IMG/VR virus record: IMGVR_UViG_3300037961_004224
Coordinates: 1 to 64,000 of that record
Direction: 5' to 3' (one strand)
Length of the DNA: 64,000 nt
Source: a virus
How positions within the stretch are numbered: position 1 is the first letter of the stretch; every line of letters starts with the position of its first letter. Shown one piece after another: positions 18,481-27,359 of this stretch. The translations under genes were made by a program, and so were the position numbers. The notes below the pieces were generated by a model. That model did no database searches. It was not told the DNA's origin and worked only from the letters and a program-made list of their open reading frames with translations.

Positions 18481-19169
18481 TGGGAAGCAATGCTGGACCT
18501 GATATAGTTGAAGATGGACTGGTCCTTTGCTTGGACGCAGCTAATGATCGAAGTTATCCGGGTGCGGGGACTACGTGGACTGATCTTGCAGGAAACAATA
18601 ATGGCACATTACACAATAGCCCCACCTTTGACACCGCGAATGCCGGTAGTATTGTATTTGATGGCACTAATGATCGCGTAGCAATATCACTAGGAAGTTT
18701 GCCAACACCTCAAAATTCTACTAATTTTACTTACGAGGCAGTTGTAAAGTTTGACTCGCTTGGATCGAGGACGATATTTTCTCAAGAGGCCGGATCGGGT
18801 ACTGGTAGAATATTTCTTGGAGTGCATACTAATTCTAAACTCGTTACTTTTATAACTGGATCTGCCGAACAACCAGATTTTTCCGCATTGAGTACGGGTA
18901 CAATATATCATGTCGCTCTCATAGTATCTCAGACACAATTAATGCTGGAACCATCAATAGCTATTGCTTTGAATGGCGTGGTGGATAGTATCGCTTCAAC
19001 CGTTATCGGCTACACTGGAACTGGAGACATTAATATCGGCACAGAACCCGGTGCTGGTGGGGGTTTCTTAGACGGAAATGTTCTTACTGTTAGAATTTAT
19101 AATCGTCCTTTAGGTGAGAAGGAATTATTTCAAAACTATAGAGCTATAAAAGGAAGATATCAACTATGA
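18480..19169 (+). CDS. LamG/concanavalin A-like virion protein 3
   Basis: DGLVLCLDAANDRSYPGAGTTWTD, IVFDGTND, RIYNRPL...NYRAIKGRY. Confidence 0.85.
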   Translation: MGSNAGPDIVEDGLVLCLDAANDRSYPGAGTTWTDLAGNNNGTLHNSPTFDTANAGSIVFDGTNDRVAISLGSLPTPQNSTNFTYEAVVKFDSLGSRTIFSQEAGSGTGRIFLGVHTNSKLVTFITGSAEQPDFSALSTGTIYHVALIVSQTQLMLEPSIAIALNGVVDSIASTVIGYTGTGDINIGTEPGAGGGFLDGNVLTVRIYNRPLGEKELFQNYRAIKGRYQL

Positions 19170-20398
19170 AAAGAAGAGATTTTATAAAGTTAGGAGTAGG
19201 TACATATGCATTCGGAAATGTTACAGCGACTATCGCAGACGATAAGCAGACTGACGATCCAGCAGTATTGTTCCTTTTTCTTGGTGGTGGGGCTAGTCAT
19301 ATTGAGACTTTTAATCCTATACCTCTTGCTCCTGCTGACAGGAGATCTGTAACTGGCGATATAAAAACAAATGTTGCTGGAATAGAATTGGGTGGTCTTT
19401 TTAAAGAGCTTTCAAAACGCACAAATAAAATAGTTATACCTAGAGCTTTTGGTCACAGAGATCAAAATCACGCATCTGCCGTTCATTGGGTTGTAACTGG
19501 AGAAGCAAATTTTGGTGCTGGAACAAGTTCTAAATGGCCTAGCTATGGATCTATGATGAGCAAACATCATGGTGTAAATACAGACGATGGACTTCCTACA
19601 TATGTAAAACTAGGAAAGTATGACCATAATGGTGCAGCTTGGTTAGGCGGTAAATATACTGGGTTCGATGCAACCAAAGAGGGTAGAAAAGACCTACAAC
19701 TCATGCGTAAAAGTGAAGATTTTAAAACAAGAATTAATGTTTTAAATGTCATAGACAATAGTTTTAAAGCAAAAGATCAACAATTGGCTAAGGACTGGAG
19801 AGATTTACGTAATCAATCAGTAGATATTATTCTTGGAAATGGATCAAAGGCATTCAGGGTAGAAGAAGATAAAGATTACAATAAATTTAAAGAAGCTACA
19901 CTTGGACAAGATGCACTTACTGCAATTAGATTGCTAGAAGCTGGCTCTAAATTTGTATCATTAAGCTATGGAGGCTGGGATATGCACCAAAATATTGGCC
20001 AGTCACTCCAGACAAAACAAGCAGAGCTAGATCATTACTTAGCAAAAATAATGGATACTTTAGAATCAAGAGGTCTATATGAAAGAGTGATGCTAATTGT
20101 AACATCTGAATTTGGAAGAACGCCTAAAGTAAACCAAAATCAAGGTCGTGATCATTTTGGCAAACTAGCACCCCTCATGATTAGTTGTGGATCATATGAA
20201 ATGGGAAGAACGATTGGGTCGTCAAGTCCAAATGCAGACGATGTTGAAGATGGTCGCTGCACTCCAGAAGATTTAGCTTGGACTATATACGATCATCTTA
20301 ATATGAATAGAGCATCTAGATATACAGCAACAGACGGCAGGCCGCACAATATAGTAAAAGATGATGCTAAAAATATATTAAAAGATATTCAAGCGTGA
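19166..20398 (+). CDS. DUF1501 family protein with twin-arginine signal
   Basis: MKRRDFIK Tat motif; FLFLGGGASHIETFNP, WPSYGS, GGWDMH, TSEFGRTP, GRDHF, TPEDL. Confidence 0.88.
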   Translation: MKRRDFIKLGVGTYAFGNVTATIADDKQTDDPAVLFLFLGGGASHIETFNPIPLAPADRRSVTGDIKTNVAGIELGGLFKELSKRTNKIVIPRAFGHRDQNHASAVHWVVTGEANFGAGTSSKWPSYGSMMSKHHGVNTDDGLPTYVKLGKYDHNGAAWLGGKYTGFDATKEGRKDLQLMRKSEDFKTRINVLNVIDNSFKAKDQQLAKDWRDLRNQSVDIILGNGSKAFRVEEDKDYNKFKEATLGQDALTAIRLLEAGSKFVSLSYGGWDMHQNIGQSLQTKQAELDHYLAKIMDTLESRGLYERVMLIVTSEFGRTPKVNQNQGRDHFGKLAPLMISCGSYEMGRTIGSSSPNADDVEDGRCTPEDLAWTIYDHLNMNRASRYTATDGRPHNIVKDDAKNILKDIQA

Positions 20399-20461
20399 TC
20401 TTAATAATTGCAAGCACTGTGCAAGCAAATTTTATATTATTTTAAAATTGGAGGTTTTAAG

Positions 20462-20608
20462 ATGCGATTATTTAACGGGCCATTAGGTCAATTTATTAAA
20501 AAGCATAGATTGATTAGACGAACCGCATTCTTTGGCGGCTTGGCAGTCGGTGTATACTTTATTGGTGTTGCTGCTGGTTGGTGGCCAAATGTATTAGCTG
20601 GAGGCTAA
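20462..20608 (+). CDS. small membrane peptide
   Basis: GGAGG RBS; basic N-terminus followed by one TM helix. Confidence 0.6.
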   Translation: MRLFNGPLGQFIKKHRLIRRTAFFGGLAVGVYFIGVAAGWWPNVLAGG

Positions 20609-20615
20609 TGATCAC

Positions 20616-20642
20616 GGGGAGATGGATTCTCCCCATTTTTTT
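20616..20642 (+). terminator. rho-independent terminator
   Basis: GGGGAGA/TCTCCCC stem plus T-run. Confidence 0.8.
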
Positions 20643-20690
20643 AATAGTTGTATTAGCTTAATTAGCTTTGTCAACTAGAATGGGGTTGAA

Positions 20691-21254
20691 ATGCTTGTGA
20701 TAAAAATATTTATGTGTGTTATACTGGCAGACTTTATAACTGGCTTAGTACACTGGATAGAAGATACATATGGCGTACCTGACTGGCCTTTTGGGTTAGG
20801 AAAGAATGTAGTAGAACCTAATATTATTCATCATCAACATCCTAATTGGATGATAACAATGAGTAATGCAATACAAAGAAACTACATTACAGCTATCCCA
20901 GCATCCATAGCAATTTTTATTGCTTACTATTTTTATGGATGGTCATGTTGGCCTTTTGCAACAACAATTTTAATCGCTGGTTTTCTAGGCAATGAAATTC
21001 ATGGTTGGAATCATACGCCTATCTCAAAACTCAACTGGTTTATAAAATTTTTGCAAGATACTGCTATAGTACAAACTAGACATCAACATGCACTTCATCA
21101 TAAAAAGCCATACAATAAATATTATTGTACAATAACAAATTTAACAAATCCAGTGCTAGAGCTTATCTATTTTTGGAGAACACTTGAATTTTTACTATTA
21201 AAAATATTTGGATTAAAAACAAAAAGATGTACGGAGGTTAGGAACGGTTATTAA
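20691..21254 (+). CDS. CarF/TMEM189(PEDS1)/FAD4-family lipid desaturase
   Basis: ADFITGLVHWIEDTYG, IHHQHP, EIHGWNH, HALHHKKP...YYCTIT..TNPVL...FW..LE match the family His pattern; TM helices present. Confidence 0.85.
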   Translation: MLVIKIFMCVILADFITGLVHWIEDTYGVPDWPFGLGKNVVEPNIIHHQHPNWMITMSNAIQRNYITAIPASIAIFIAYYFYGWSCWPFATTILIAGFLGNEIHGWNHTPISKLNWFIKFLQDTAIVQTRHQHALHHKKPYNKYYCTITNLTNPVLELIYFWRTLEFLLLKIFGLKTKRCTEVRNGY

Positions 21255-21280
21255 ACACTAAAACACGAAAGGGGTTTAAG

Positions 21281-21772
21281 ATGTCGTTAATTATCAGACT
21301 AATTATTTTGGGAGTTGTCATAATGGGTTGTTGTGGAGGTTCATGTCATGGTGACAGAAATCTAGATGAATATATTTCACTTTCTGGAAAATCTGCATTA
21401 TTGTCAAAACAAGAGGACGATAGTGAAGATAAGGAAGTAAAATATAAAGAGGGGGACGTAATTGTTATGCAGTTTAGTGCTGTATGGTGTGGTCCCTGTA
21501 GAGCGTTAAAAGCATCAATTAAATCAGATGCAGAAATACAAAATTATTTTAAAAAAGAAACTAAGGGTTATTTTATAGTAGATGTTGATGATAAGGACAA
21601 AACATCTGCTGCTTGGGTAAAAAAAGCAAAACCTAGTTCCATACCTCTTGTTGTTTTATATAAAAGAGAAAAAGATTCATGGAATGAAGTTAGCAGATTT
21701 ACTGGATCAAAACCACCAAGTGCAGTACTAAAATGGCTTAAAGAAAAGAACAAGAAGTCACCAGTAAAATAG
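21281..21772 (+). CDS. exported/membrane thioredoxin
   Basis: FSAVWCGPC active site; hydrophobic N-terminal signal ending in Cys. Confidence 0.85.
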   Translation: MSLIIRLIILGVVIMGCCGGSCHGDRNLDEYISLSGKSALLSKQEDDSEDKEVKYKEGDVIVMQFSAVWCGPCRALKASIKSDAEIQNYFKKETKGYFIVDVDDKDKTSAAWVKKAKPSSIPLVVLYKREKDSWNEVSRFTGSKPPSAVLKWLKEKNKKSPVK

Positions 21773-21809
21773 TTTTATTGGTTTTTATATTTTTTACAAG
21801 GAGAAATAA

Positions 21810-22073
21810 ATGAAGTATGTAGTTGGATTTTGCTTGGCCGTTTCTATCATGTTCGGCTCTTCTAATGCAAATGCACACGATGCGTGTCAACCCGTTAGAG
21901 ACTTTGCCAATGCTACCGTTTGTGCATCAGCACAGATTATTAAAAATACAGTATGTATGCCAGTCAATGTATTTAAAAAGTTTAAAGCAGAAAAGCCTTT
22001 GCGTTCAGCATTCGCTAAAAAGCCTGTTCGTTCAAGACTAGCTAAGTTTACAAAACGGTCTTGTTGCGAATAG
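21810..22073 (+). CDS. small secreted Cys-containing protein
   Basis: Signal peptide ending ANA; basic C-terminus ending CCE; GGAG RBS. Confidence 0.6.
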   Translation: MKYVVGFCLAVSIMFGSSNANAHDACQPVRDFANATVCASAQIIKNTVCMPVNVFKKFKAEKPLRSAFAKKPVRSRLAKFTKRSCCE

Positions 22074-22077
22074 TTAT

Positions 22078-22269
22078 ATGAGATGTTCAGAATGTGATAA
22101 AGAAATAAGTTGTGAAGAAAGCTTTAGATGTAGAATATGTTTTCTTTGGTTTTGTAAAAGCTGTTCTTTAAAACATTTTGGACTAAAAGAAAAGGATGGT
22201 AAAATCTACCACAAGAGTATTATTAAAAGCTTTTGGTGGATTTTGCAAAAAAGATTTTTCGGTAAATGA
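22078..22269 (+). CDS. small zinc-finger protein
   Basis: CSEC...C...CRIC..WFCKSC...H. Confidence 0.6.
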   Translation: MRCSECDKEISCEESFRCRICFLWFCKSCSLKHFGLKEKDGKIYHKSIIKSFWWILQKRFFGK

Positions 22270-22580
22270 AATATTCAAGGAAGAGATTTATGATTAAAAC
22301 ACTAAGCTTAATGTTTTGTTTGGTACTTCCCACGCTAGATAACTCTATATGGGGAGATGCTATAACAGACCAAGAAAAATGCCAAGCGGAAGCAGACTAT
22401 ATGATTAAGTATCACAAAAACTGTCATGTTGGTCCGTGTATCGGAAGATTTGAAGGTATGGGGTATAGTGTTAATGGAAAAATTCCAAACACCTGTGTGC
22501 CAAATCGTAAAATGAAACTTACAGGCGATGCTACTGCCAGAGATGGCAATAGAGTAGCTAGAGTAAGAAGCTGGAGGTAA
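22266..22580 (+). CDS. small secreted Cys-rich protein
   Basis: Signal-like N-terminus; HVG.CIGRFEG.G...TC.P...LTGDA...RVRSWR. Confidence 0.6.
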   Translation: MKYSRKRFMIKTLSLMFCLVLPTLDNSIWGDAITDQEKCQAEADYMIKYHKNCHVGPCIGRFEGMGYSVNGKIPNTCVPNRKMKLTGDATARDGNRVARVRSWR

Positions 22581-22581
22581 A

Positions 22582-22827
22582 GCATGTATAAAGATTATTA
22601 TTGATGTTGTAGGAGACTGCGGGGCAGTACCGCACACCTCCACTTGCCAAACTAAGGGGGTGAAATAGATTCGATCCACAATATGATGTAGTATATCTCA
22701 TGCACTGGTTGATAGAAGGGCCAGTATAAAAATCTATCAAACTTTTAATTGCAGATGAAAATCTTGCTTTGGCAGCGTAAGCTGTCTGGGGTTTGCCAGT
22801 ACCTTATTATCCAAACTGGCATTTTTT
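22582..22827 (+). ncRNA. ssrA: circularly permuted (two-piece) tmRNA, tag peptide (A)ADENLALAA
   Basis: Acceptor piece first: T-arm TGCGG-GGCAGTA-CCGCA (22618-34), CACCTCC-A (22635-42). Coding piece starts GGGGGTG (22656-62), giving G3:U70. P2 TCC-ACAATAT/ATGTTGT-A-GGA. pk1 ACTGG/CCAGT + TTGATAGA/TCTATCAA. Tag GCA GAT GAA AAT CTT GCT TTG GCA GCG TAA (22751-80). Confidence 0.95.
22794..22827 (+). terminator. terminator ending tmRNA coding piece
   Basis: TGCCAGT/ACTGGCA stem plus T6. Confidence 0.7.
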
Positions 22828-22851
22828 ATGCAATATATATGGTTTTAAAAT

Positions 22852-23088
22852 ATGTTAAAAAAAATATTATATTTATGTTTAATAATTTTTACATTTGCAA
22901 TAGTTATTTGCATCATGCCACGCACCCATAAGTGTCTTCATTGCAACCAAACGTGTTTTTCAGAACCAAATATAGCCTTTTGGATTTCAGGAGACCCAAG
23001 TTGTATTCATGACCATTGCTTAAAAGAATGGGATGGATTTGATTGGAGAATTCCTATGGAATGGCCCCACGGGATTTACATAGAATGA
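22852..23088 (+). CDS. small membrane-anchored Cys/His protein
   Basis: N-terminal TM helix, CLHC...C.HDHC. Confidence 0.5.
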   Translation: MLKKILYLCLIIFTFAIVICIMPRTHKCLHCNQTCFSEPNIAFWISGDPSCIHDHCLKEWDGFDWRIPMEWPHGIYIE

Positions 23089-23270
23089 AACATTTAAAAG
23101 AAACCGGCATGAGCTACTTTCAGCACATGTTACATGCACTTTATATAGGGGCTTTTTTAGTTATAGCTGGATTTTGCTGCATAACACATTCGTTTGCACC
23201 GTTTATATTTAAAAACACAGCATCTAAAATTATCACACACCTTAATGATGATGTAATCAAAAAAACTTAA
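23085..23270 (+). CDS. DUF6356-like small membrane protein
   Basis: HLKETGMSYFQH...A...G...IHS..PF.F..TAS pattern. Confidence 0.55.
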   Translation: MKHLKETGMSYFQHMLHALYIGAFLVIAGFCCITHSFAPFIFKNTASKIITHLNDDVIKKT

Positions 23271-23419
23271 TATACATACTTTTGCCAAACGTTTTTTAGT
23301 TTGCAAGAGTATAATTGCCATAGAGTAGTATCTATGGCTTTTTATTTGGAGTAAAATCATGTTAATAGAACTTGGAATAGCTTTATTTTTTTCATCTTAT
23401 TTTTTAGAGGATCAATCAG

Positions 23420-24508
23420 TTGAAGAAGATTAATTTGAATGTCCCCATAAATTCTTTAGGATATGGAGTTGTGGGGTATAATGTATGGAAAGAATTGAAT
23501 AGCTTAAATGATAAGCTTGATGTAACGCTCTGGCCAATACCAGATGTTCAAAATATAGTTCCTCCTGTAGAATTGAGTGAAGAAGAAACATATCAGCTAC
23601 GAATTGATATTAATAAACAATCGAACTTACAACACGATGCAACATGTCTAAAAATATGGCATGAAAACCAACTAGAATACAGGGTTGGTAAAGGAAAGTT
23701 TATTGCTTGGCCTTTCTTTGAGGTAAACAAACTAGACAACAGAAGGTTGACACATCTTAAATCAGCAGATGAAATTATTGTATCGTCCGAGTGGGCTAAA
23801 GATATCCTATATAATGTGCCCGATTGGACATCACCGGCTGTTCATGTGGTAGAATGTGGTGTTGACAGAGAAATATTTAATGAAACAGGCTCTTTAAACA
23901 ATACAGAAAAATGTATATTTTTTAATTGTGGAAAATGGGAAGTAAGAAAAGGGCATGATGTTTTACACAAAGCATTCAAGGACGCTTTTTCTTCAAATGA
24001 AAATGTAGAACTTTGGATGATGACCCATAATCCATTTTTAAACGAACAAGAGAAAGCTTATTGGGAGTCTCTTTATGAAGACAGCAGAATCAAAAATATT
24101 CAAAGGGTTCAATATCAGCATCAGCTTTCTGAGATAATGAAACAAACTTATTGTGGTGTTTTTCCGGCAAAATCAGAAGGCTGGAATCTTGAAGCACTTG
24201 AGATGATGGCTTGTGGCAAACAAGTTATAATAACAGATTATTCAGCACATACTCAGTTTTGCAATGTACAAAATTCTAAATTGATAGATATAACAGAAGA
24301 GGAGCCTGCTTATGATGCAAAATGGTTCACCGGGGATAATGGAACTTGGGCATCCTTAGAAGGAAGCTCATATGAACAGCTTGTTCAACATCTAAGAGAT
24401 GTTTACGAGCAATGGAAAACAAAACCAGAAATAAATCAATCTGGAATTGAAACTAGTAAAAATTTAACTTGGCAAAAAACTGCCGAAAAGCTATTAGAAA
24501 TTATTTGA
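23420..24508 (+). CDS. glycosyltransferase GT4-like
   Basis: GKWEVRKGHD, FPAKSEGWNLEALEMMACG, TWQKTAEKL. Confidence 0.88.
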   Translation: MKKINLNVPINSLGYGVVGYNVWKELNSLNDKLDVTLWPIPDVQNIVPPVELSEEETYQLRIDINKQSNLQHDATCLKIWHENQLEYRVGKGKFIAWPFFEVNKLDNRRLTHLKSADEIIVSSEWAKDILYNVPDWTSPAVHVVECGVDREIFNETGSLNNTEKCIFFNCGKWEVRKGHDVLHKAFKDAFSSNENVELWMMTHNPFLNEQEKAYWESLYEDSRIKNIQRVQYQHQLSEIMKQTYCGVFPAKSEGWNLEALEMMACGKQVIITDYSAHTQFCNVQNSKLIDITEEEPAYDAKWFTGDNGTWASLEGSSYEQLVQHLRDVYEQWKTKPEINQSGIETSKNLTWQKTAEKLLEII

Positions 24509-24517
24509 GGTAATTGT

Positions 24518-25075
24518 ATGAGTCACAAAGATCATGAGTCTAGAATGAATATGCTTGTAAACCATCAGAGAGCATCTACACTTTTAAATAAACTTAAAGA
24601 TATTGAATCTGTACATATAGATGGTATAAAAGTTAGAGTAAAAATTGTAGATCAAGATGCCAAAATCCCCACAAAAGCAAATCAATTTGATGCGGGTTGG
24701 GATTTATATTCTACGCACGATTGTACAATACAGGCTGGTCAAAGAAAAACAATTAAAACTGGTGTGTCTTTACAAATTCCAGAAGGATGGGTTGGGCTAA
24801 TTTGGCCAAGATCTGGTTTGTCTGTTAAAAATGGTGCAGACATTCTAGCAGGAGTTATTGACTCTGGATATCGTGGAGAAGTCTTGGTTTGCTTACATAA
24901 TACTAATCATGGAATACCTCTTTTGTCAGATGATAATTTAAATATTCAAATTAAAAAAGGAGATAGAATTGCACAAATACTATTTCAGCAAGTGCCAGAA
25001 GTTAGTATGGTCGAGGTAGACGATCTTTCATCAAGTGAACGTGGAGATAAGGGGTTTGGCAGTAGTGGCAAATAG
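24518..25075 (+). CDS. dut: dUTPase (trimeric)
   Basis: AGWDL, PRSGL, AGVIDSGYRGEV, RIAQ, RGDKGFGSSG motifs 1-5. Confidence 0.95.
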   Translation: MSHKDHESRMNMLVNHQRASTLLNKLKDIESVHIDGIKVRVKIVDQDAKIPTKANQFDAGWDLYSTHDCTIQAGQRKTIKTGVSLQIPEGWVGLIWPRSGLSVKNGADILAGVIDSGYRGEVLVCLHNTNHGIPLLSDDNLNIQIKKGDRIAQILFQQVPEVSMVEVDDLSSSERGDKGFGSSGK

Positions 25076-25679
25076 ATTTGATTATAGAGACAGTAACACT
25101 TTTAAAAAAGATATAAAATTTTCTACAATGTTAGAAAAATACTTTTTTCATGAGTGGCTAGACAGAGTAGAAAGCAGAGATTTGCTTGATGTTTCATCTT
25201 GGGACAATAATGGGTGTGATAATAATGGAGAATTTATAGCTAAAGGAAATACAGCCGGTGCAGACTATAAAATTTCTGGATCAATAAAGGGTCAAGGTTT
25301 AGATGCTAAACTTGTAGATGAGCCTTTAGAAATAAAATGGGTTCCTACTTCTGGTAAATTTACACTAAAACAGAATGACTTGAAGGCTTATGTAAAAGAG
25401 TCTGCAAGTATATTGTTTATTTACAATTCAGTTAAATGTGGAACTAATATGAAAAAACCAAAAGATTATGATCTTGAGAAACATATTAAGCTAATTGAAT
25501 CTAAAAAAGATCAAATCAAATGGGGAATCATGTGGTCGCCAAGAGTAAAAAAATTGTATAACCATTCGGTTCAAAATAATCTGTTTAAACCAATATACTA
25601 TATGGGTGGAAAACAAGCCATTGTATTAAAACAATCAGATTTTAGCAAATGGTTTACTTCTTACGACTGGGAGGAATGA
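25065..25679 (+). CDS. hypothetical protein, possible PD-(D/E)XK nuclease
   Basis: AGADY...LEIKW weakly resembles a restriction-fold motif. Confidence 0.35.
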   Translation: MANRFDYRDSNTFKKDIKFSTMLEKYFFHEWLDRVESRDLLDVSSWDNNGCDNNGEFIAKGNTAGADYKISGSIKGQGLDAKLVDEPLEIKWVPTSGKFTLKQNDLKAYVKESASILFIYNSVKCGTNMKKPKDYDLEKHIKLIESKKDQIKWGIMWSPRVKKLYNHSVQNNLFKPIYYMGGKQAIVLKQSDFSKWFTSYDWEE

Positions 25680-25680
25680 T

Positions 25681-26751
25681 ATGAAAATAGTTGATGAAAC
25701 TAAATTAGATTTTGACGATATACTATTAGTTCCAGCGAGGTCTCCTGCTGCTAGTAGAAAAGAAGTTGAATTAAAGAGAACATTTAAATTCTTTCATTCC
25801 ACAAAAGAATGGACAGGGCTTCCAATTATGGCTGCAAACATGGACACTACTGGAAGTTTCAAAATGGGGACCGCACTAAACAAGCACGATGCAGTAACGT
25901 GTTTGCACAAACATTATGATGCAGAAACAATAGACGAGTATTTTGCCTACTACAATATTGAAAGAAATGTTTGGATCAGTGTAGGCATGGGTGATCATGA
26001 ACTTGATAGGTTGTTAAAAATAAAATCATTGATTCATCACTCACCTAATATTTGTATTGATATTGCAAACGGTTACACTGAAAAATTTGTTGAATGGTGT
26101 TCTAAGATTAGACATTATTTTAATGATTCAATTATCATGGCTGGTAATGTTTGTACTCCTGAAATGGTACAGGAGCTAATCCTTCATGGTGGAGTAGATA
26201 TAGTAAAAATCGGAATTGGTCCGGGGAGTGCTTGTACAACTCGACTTAAAACAGGTGTCGGGTATCCACAGTTATCGGCTATTATTGAGTGTAGTCATGC
26301 TGCTCATGGTCTTAAAAATGGCGAACGCAGAATGGGGCTGATTTGTGCTGACGGTGGATGTAGAATACCTGCTGATGTATGTAAGGCTTTCGCGGCTAAT
26401 GCTGACTTTGTGATGCTGGGCGGTATGCTGGCGGGAACAGACGAGTGTGAGGGTGATTGGGAATATGAAATTGACGATGATGGAGAATACCAAAAATCAC
26501 ACTTGAGTTTTTATGGAATGTCATCAGAAAAGGCTCAAAAAAAACATAATGGCGGAATGAGTTCTTATGCATCTAGTGAGGGTAGAATTAAGATGATACC
26601 ATATAAAGGTTTAGCAGGTACTGTTATGAATGATATTGAAGGTGGATTAAGAAGTTGCTGTGCTTATGTGGGTGCTACATCATTGAAAGATCTTCCTAAA
26701 TGTGCAAAAGCAGTAAAAGTAAATAGAGTTCATTTTGATGGTAGTGTTTAA
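25681..26751 (+). CDS. guaC: GMP reductase
   Basis: [49 protein letters not shown]; no CBS domains. Confidence 0.92.
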   Translation: MKIVDETKLDFDDILLVPARSPAASRKEVELKRTFKFFHSTKEWTGLPIMAANMDTTGSFKMGTALNKHDAVTCLHKHYDAETIDEYFAYYNIERNVWISVGMGDHELDRLLKIKSLIHHSPNICIDIANGYTEKFVEWCSKIRHYFNDSIIMAGNVCTPEMVQELILHGGVDIVKIGIGPGSACTTRLKTGVGYPQLSAIIECSHAAHGLKNGERRMGLICADGGCRIPADVCKAFAANADFVMLGGMLAGTDECEGDWEYEIDDDGEYQKSHLSFYGMSSEKAQKKHNGGMSSYASSEGRIKMIPYKGLAGTVMNDIEGGLRSCCAYVGATSLKDLPKCAKAVKVNRVHFDGSV

Positions 26752-26925
26752 ATGAAATTACAATTATTGATAAACTTTTTGCCTATGATAGTATTTTTCC
26801 TATACGCGATTGTAGGAATTTGCTATATCTTAAAAAAAGATTATGCTTGGGCTTTAGTGTGGATTTCTTATGCCTTGGCTAACGTTGGACTTATATGGGT
26901 AGGAATGAGAGGAGAAACCTTTTGA
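26752..26925 (+). CDS. small two-TM membrane protein (57 aa, not in track)
   Basis: MKLQLLINFLPMIVFFLYAIVGICYILKKDYAWALVWISYALANVGLIWVGMRGETF. Confidence 0.6.
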   Translation: MKLQLLINFLPMIVFFLYAIVGICYILKKDYAWALVWISYALANVGLIWVGMRGETF

Positions 26926-27359
26926 AAAAATTAATTAAAAAAGTCATCAATGCTTTAAAAAGAGAAAAAATTGATTTGGATTCTATAGAAAAGGTTGATT
27001 TTGAATCTTTAGAAGAAAGCATCAAACCGCCTTCGTCTGGGAGAATAGTAATAGACTATGATTCACAAACTGGAGATTTTCAGGTTGAGTCTCAAATAGA
27101 TGATCTATCTAATGATTCAGTTGAAATATTAGCACTATTGATATTTCATATAACAAAAGGAGATTTGGAGTCATTTATATTTGAATCTCTAAGGATTTGG
27201 GCAGACGATGAAGATGAGAAAATAGAGTTTAATGTTAAAGTAGCGTTGCAGACTCAAAAATTAGATAGCATGATAATTGACGAAACAAAAGTAAAAGAAA
27301 AAAATAAAGTTGCCGTAAGTGCTTCGCAAGTTTTTAATTTTAGAGAGAATTTAAAATGA
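26922..27359 (+). CDS. acidic hypothetical protein
   Basis: ORF track; start coupled to previous stop. Confidence 0.55.
   Translation: MKKLIKKVINALKREKIDLDSIEKVDFESLEESIKPPSSGRIVIDYDSQTGDFQVESQIDDLSNDSVEILALLIFHITKGDLESFIFESLRIWADDEDEKIEFNVKVALQTQKLDSMIIDETKVKEKNKVAVSASQVFNFRENLK

Noticed and set aside
16976-19169. Diversity-generating retroelement acting on LamG genes
   Set aside because: No reverse transcriptase and no adenine-only mismatched TR/VR pair are visible; shared DNA identity is short.
22335-22931. Track ORFs 22335-22679(-), 22558-22740(-) and 22749-22931(+)
   Set aside because: They overlap the tmRNA. The + ORF is in a different frame from the tag and crosses the terminator, so all are treated as spurious.
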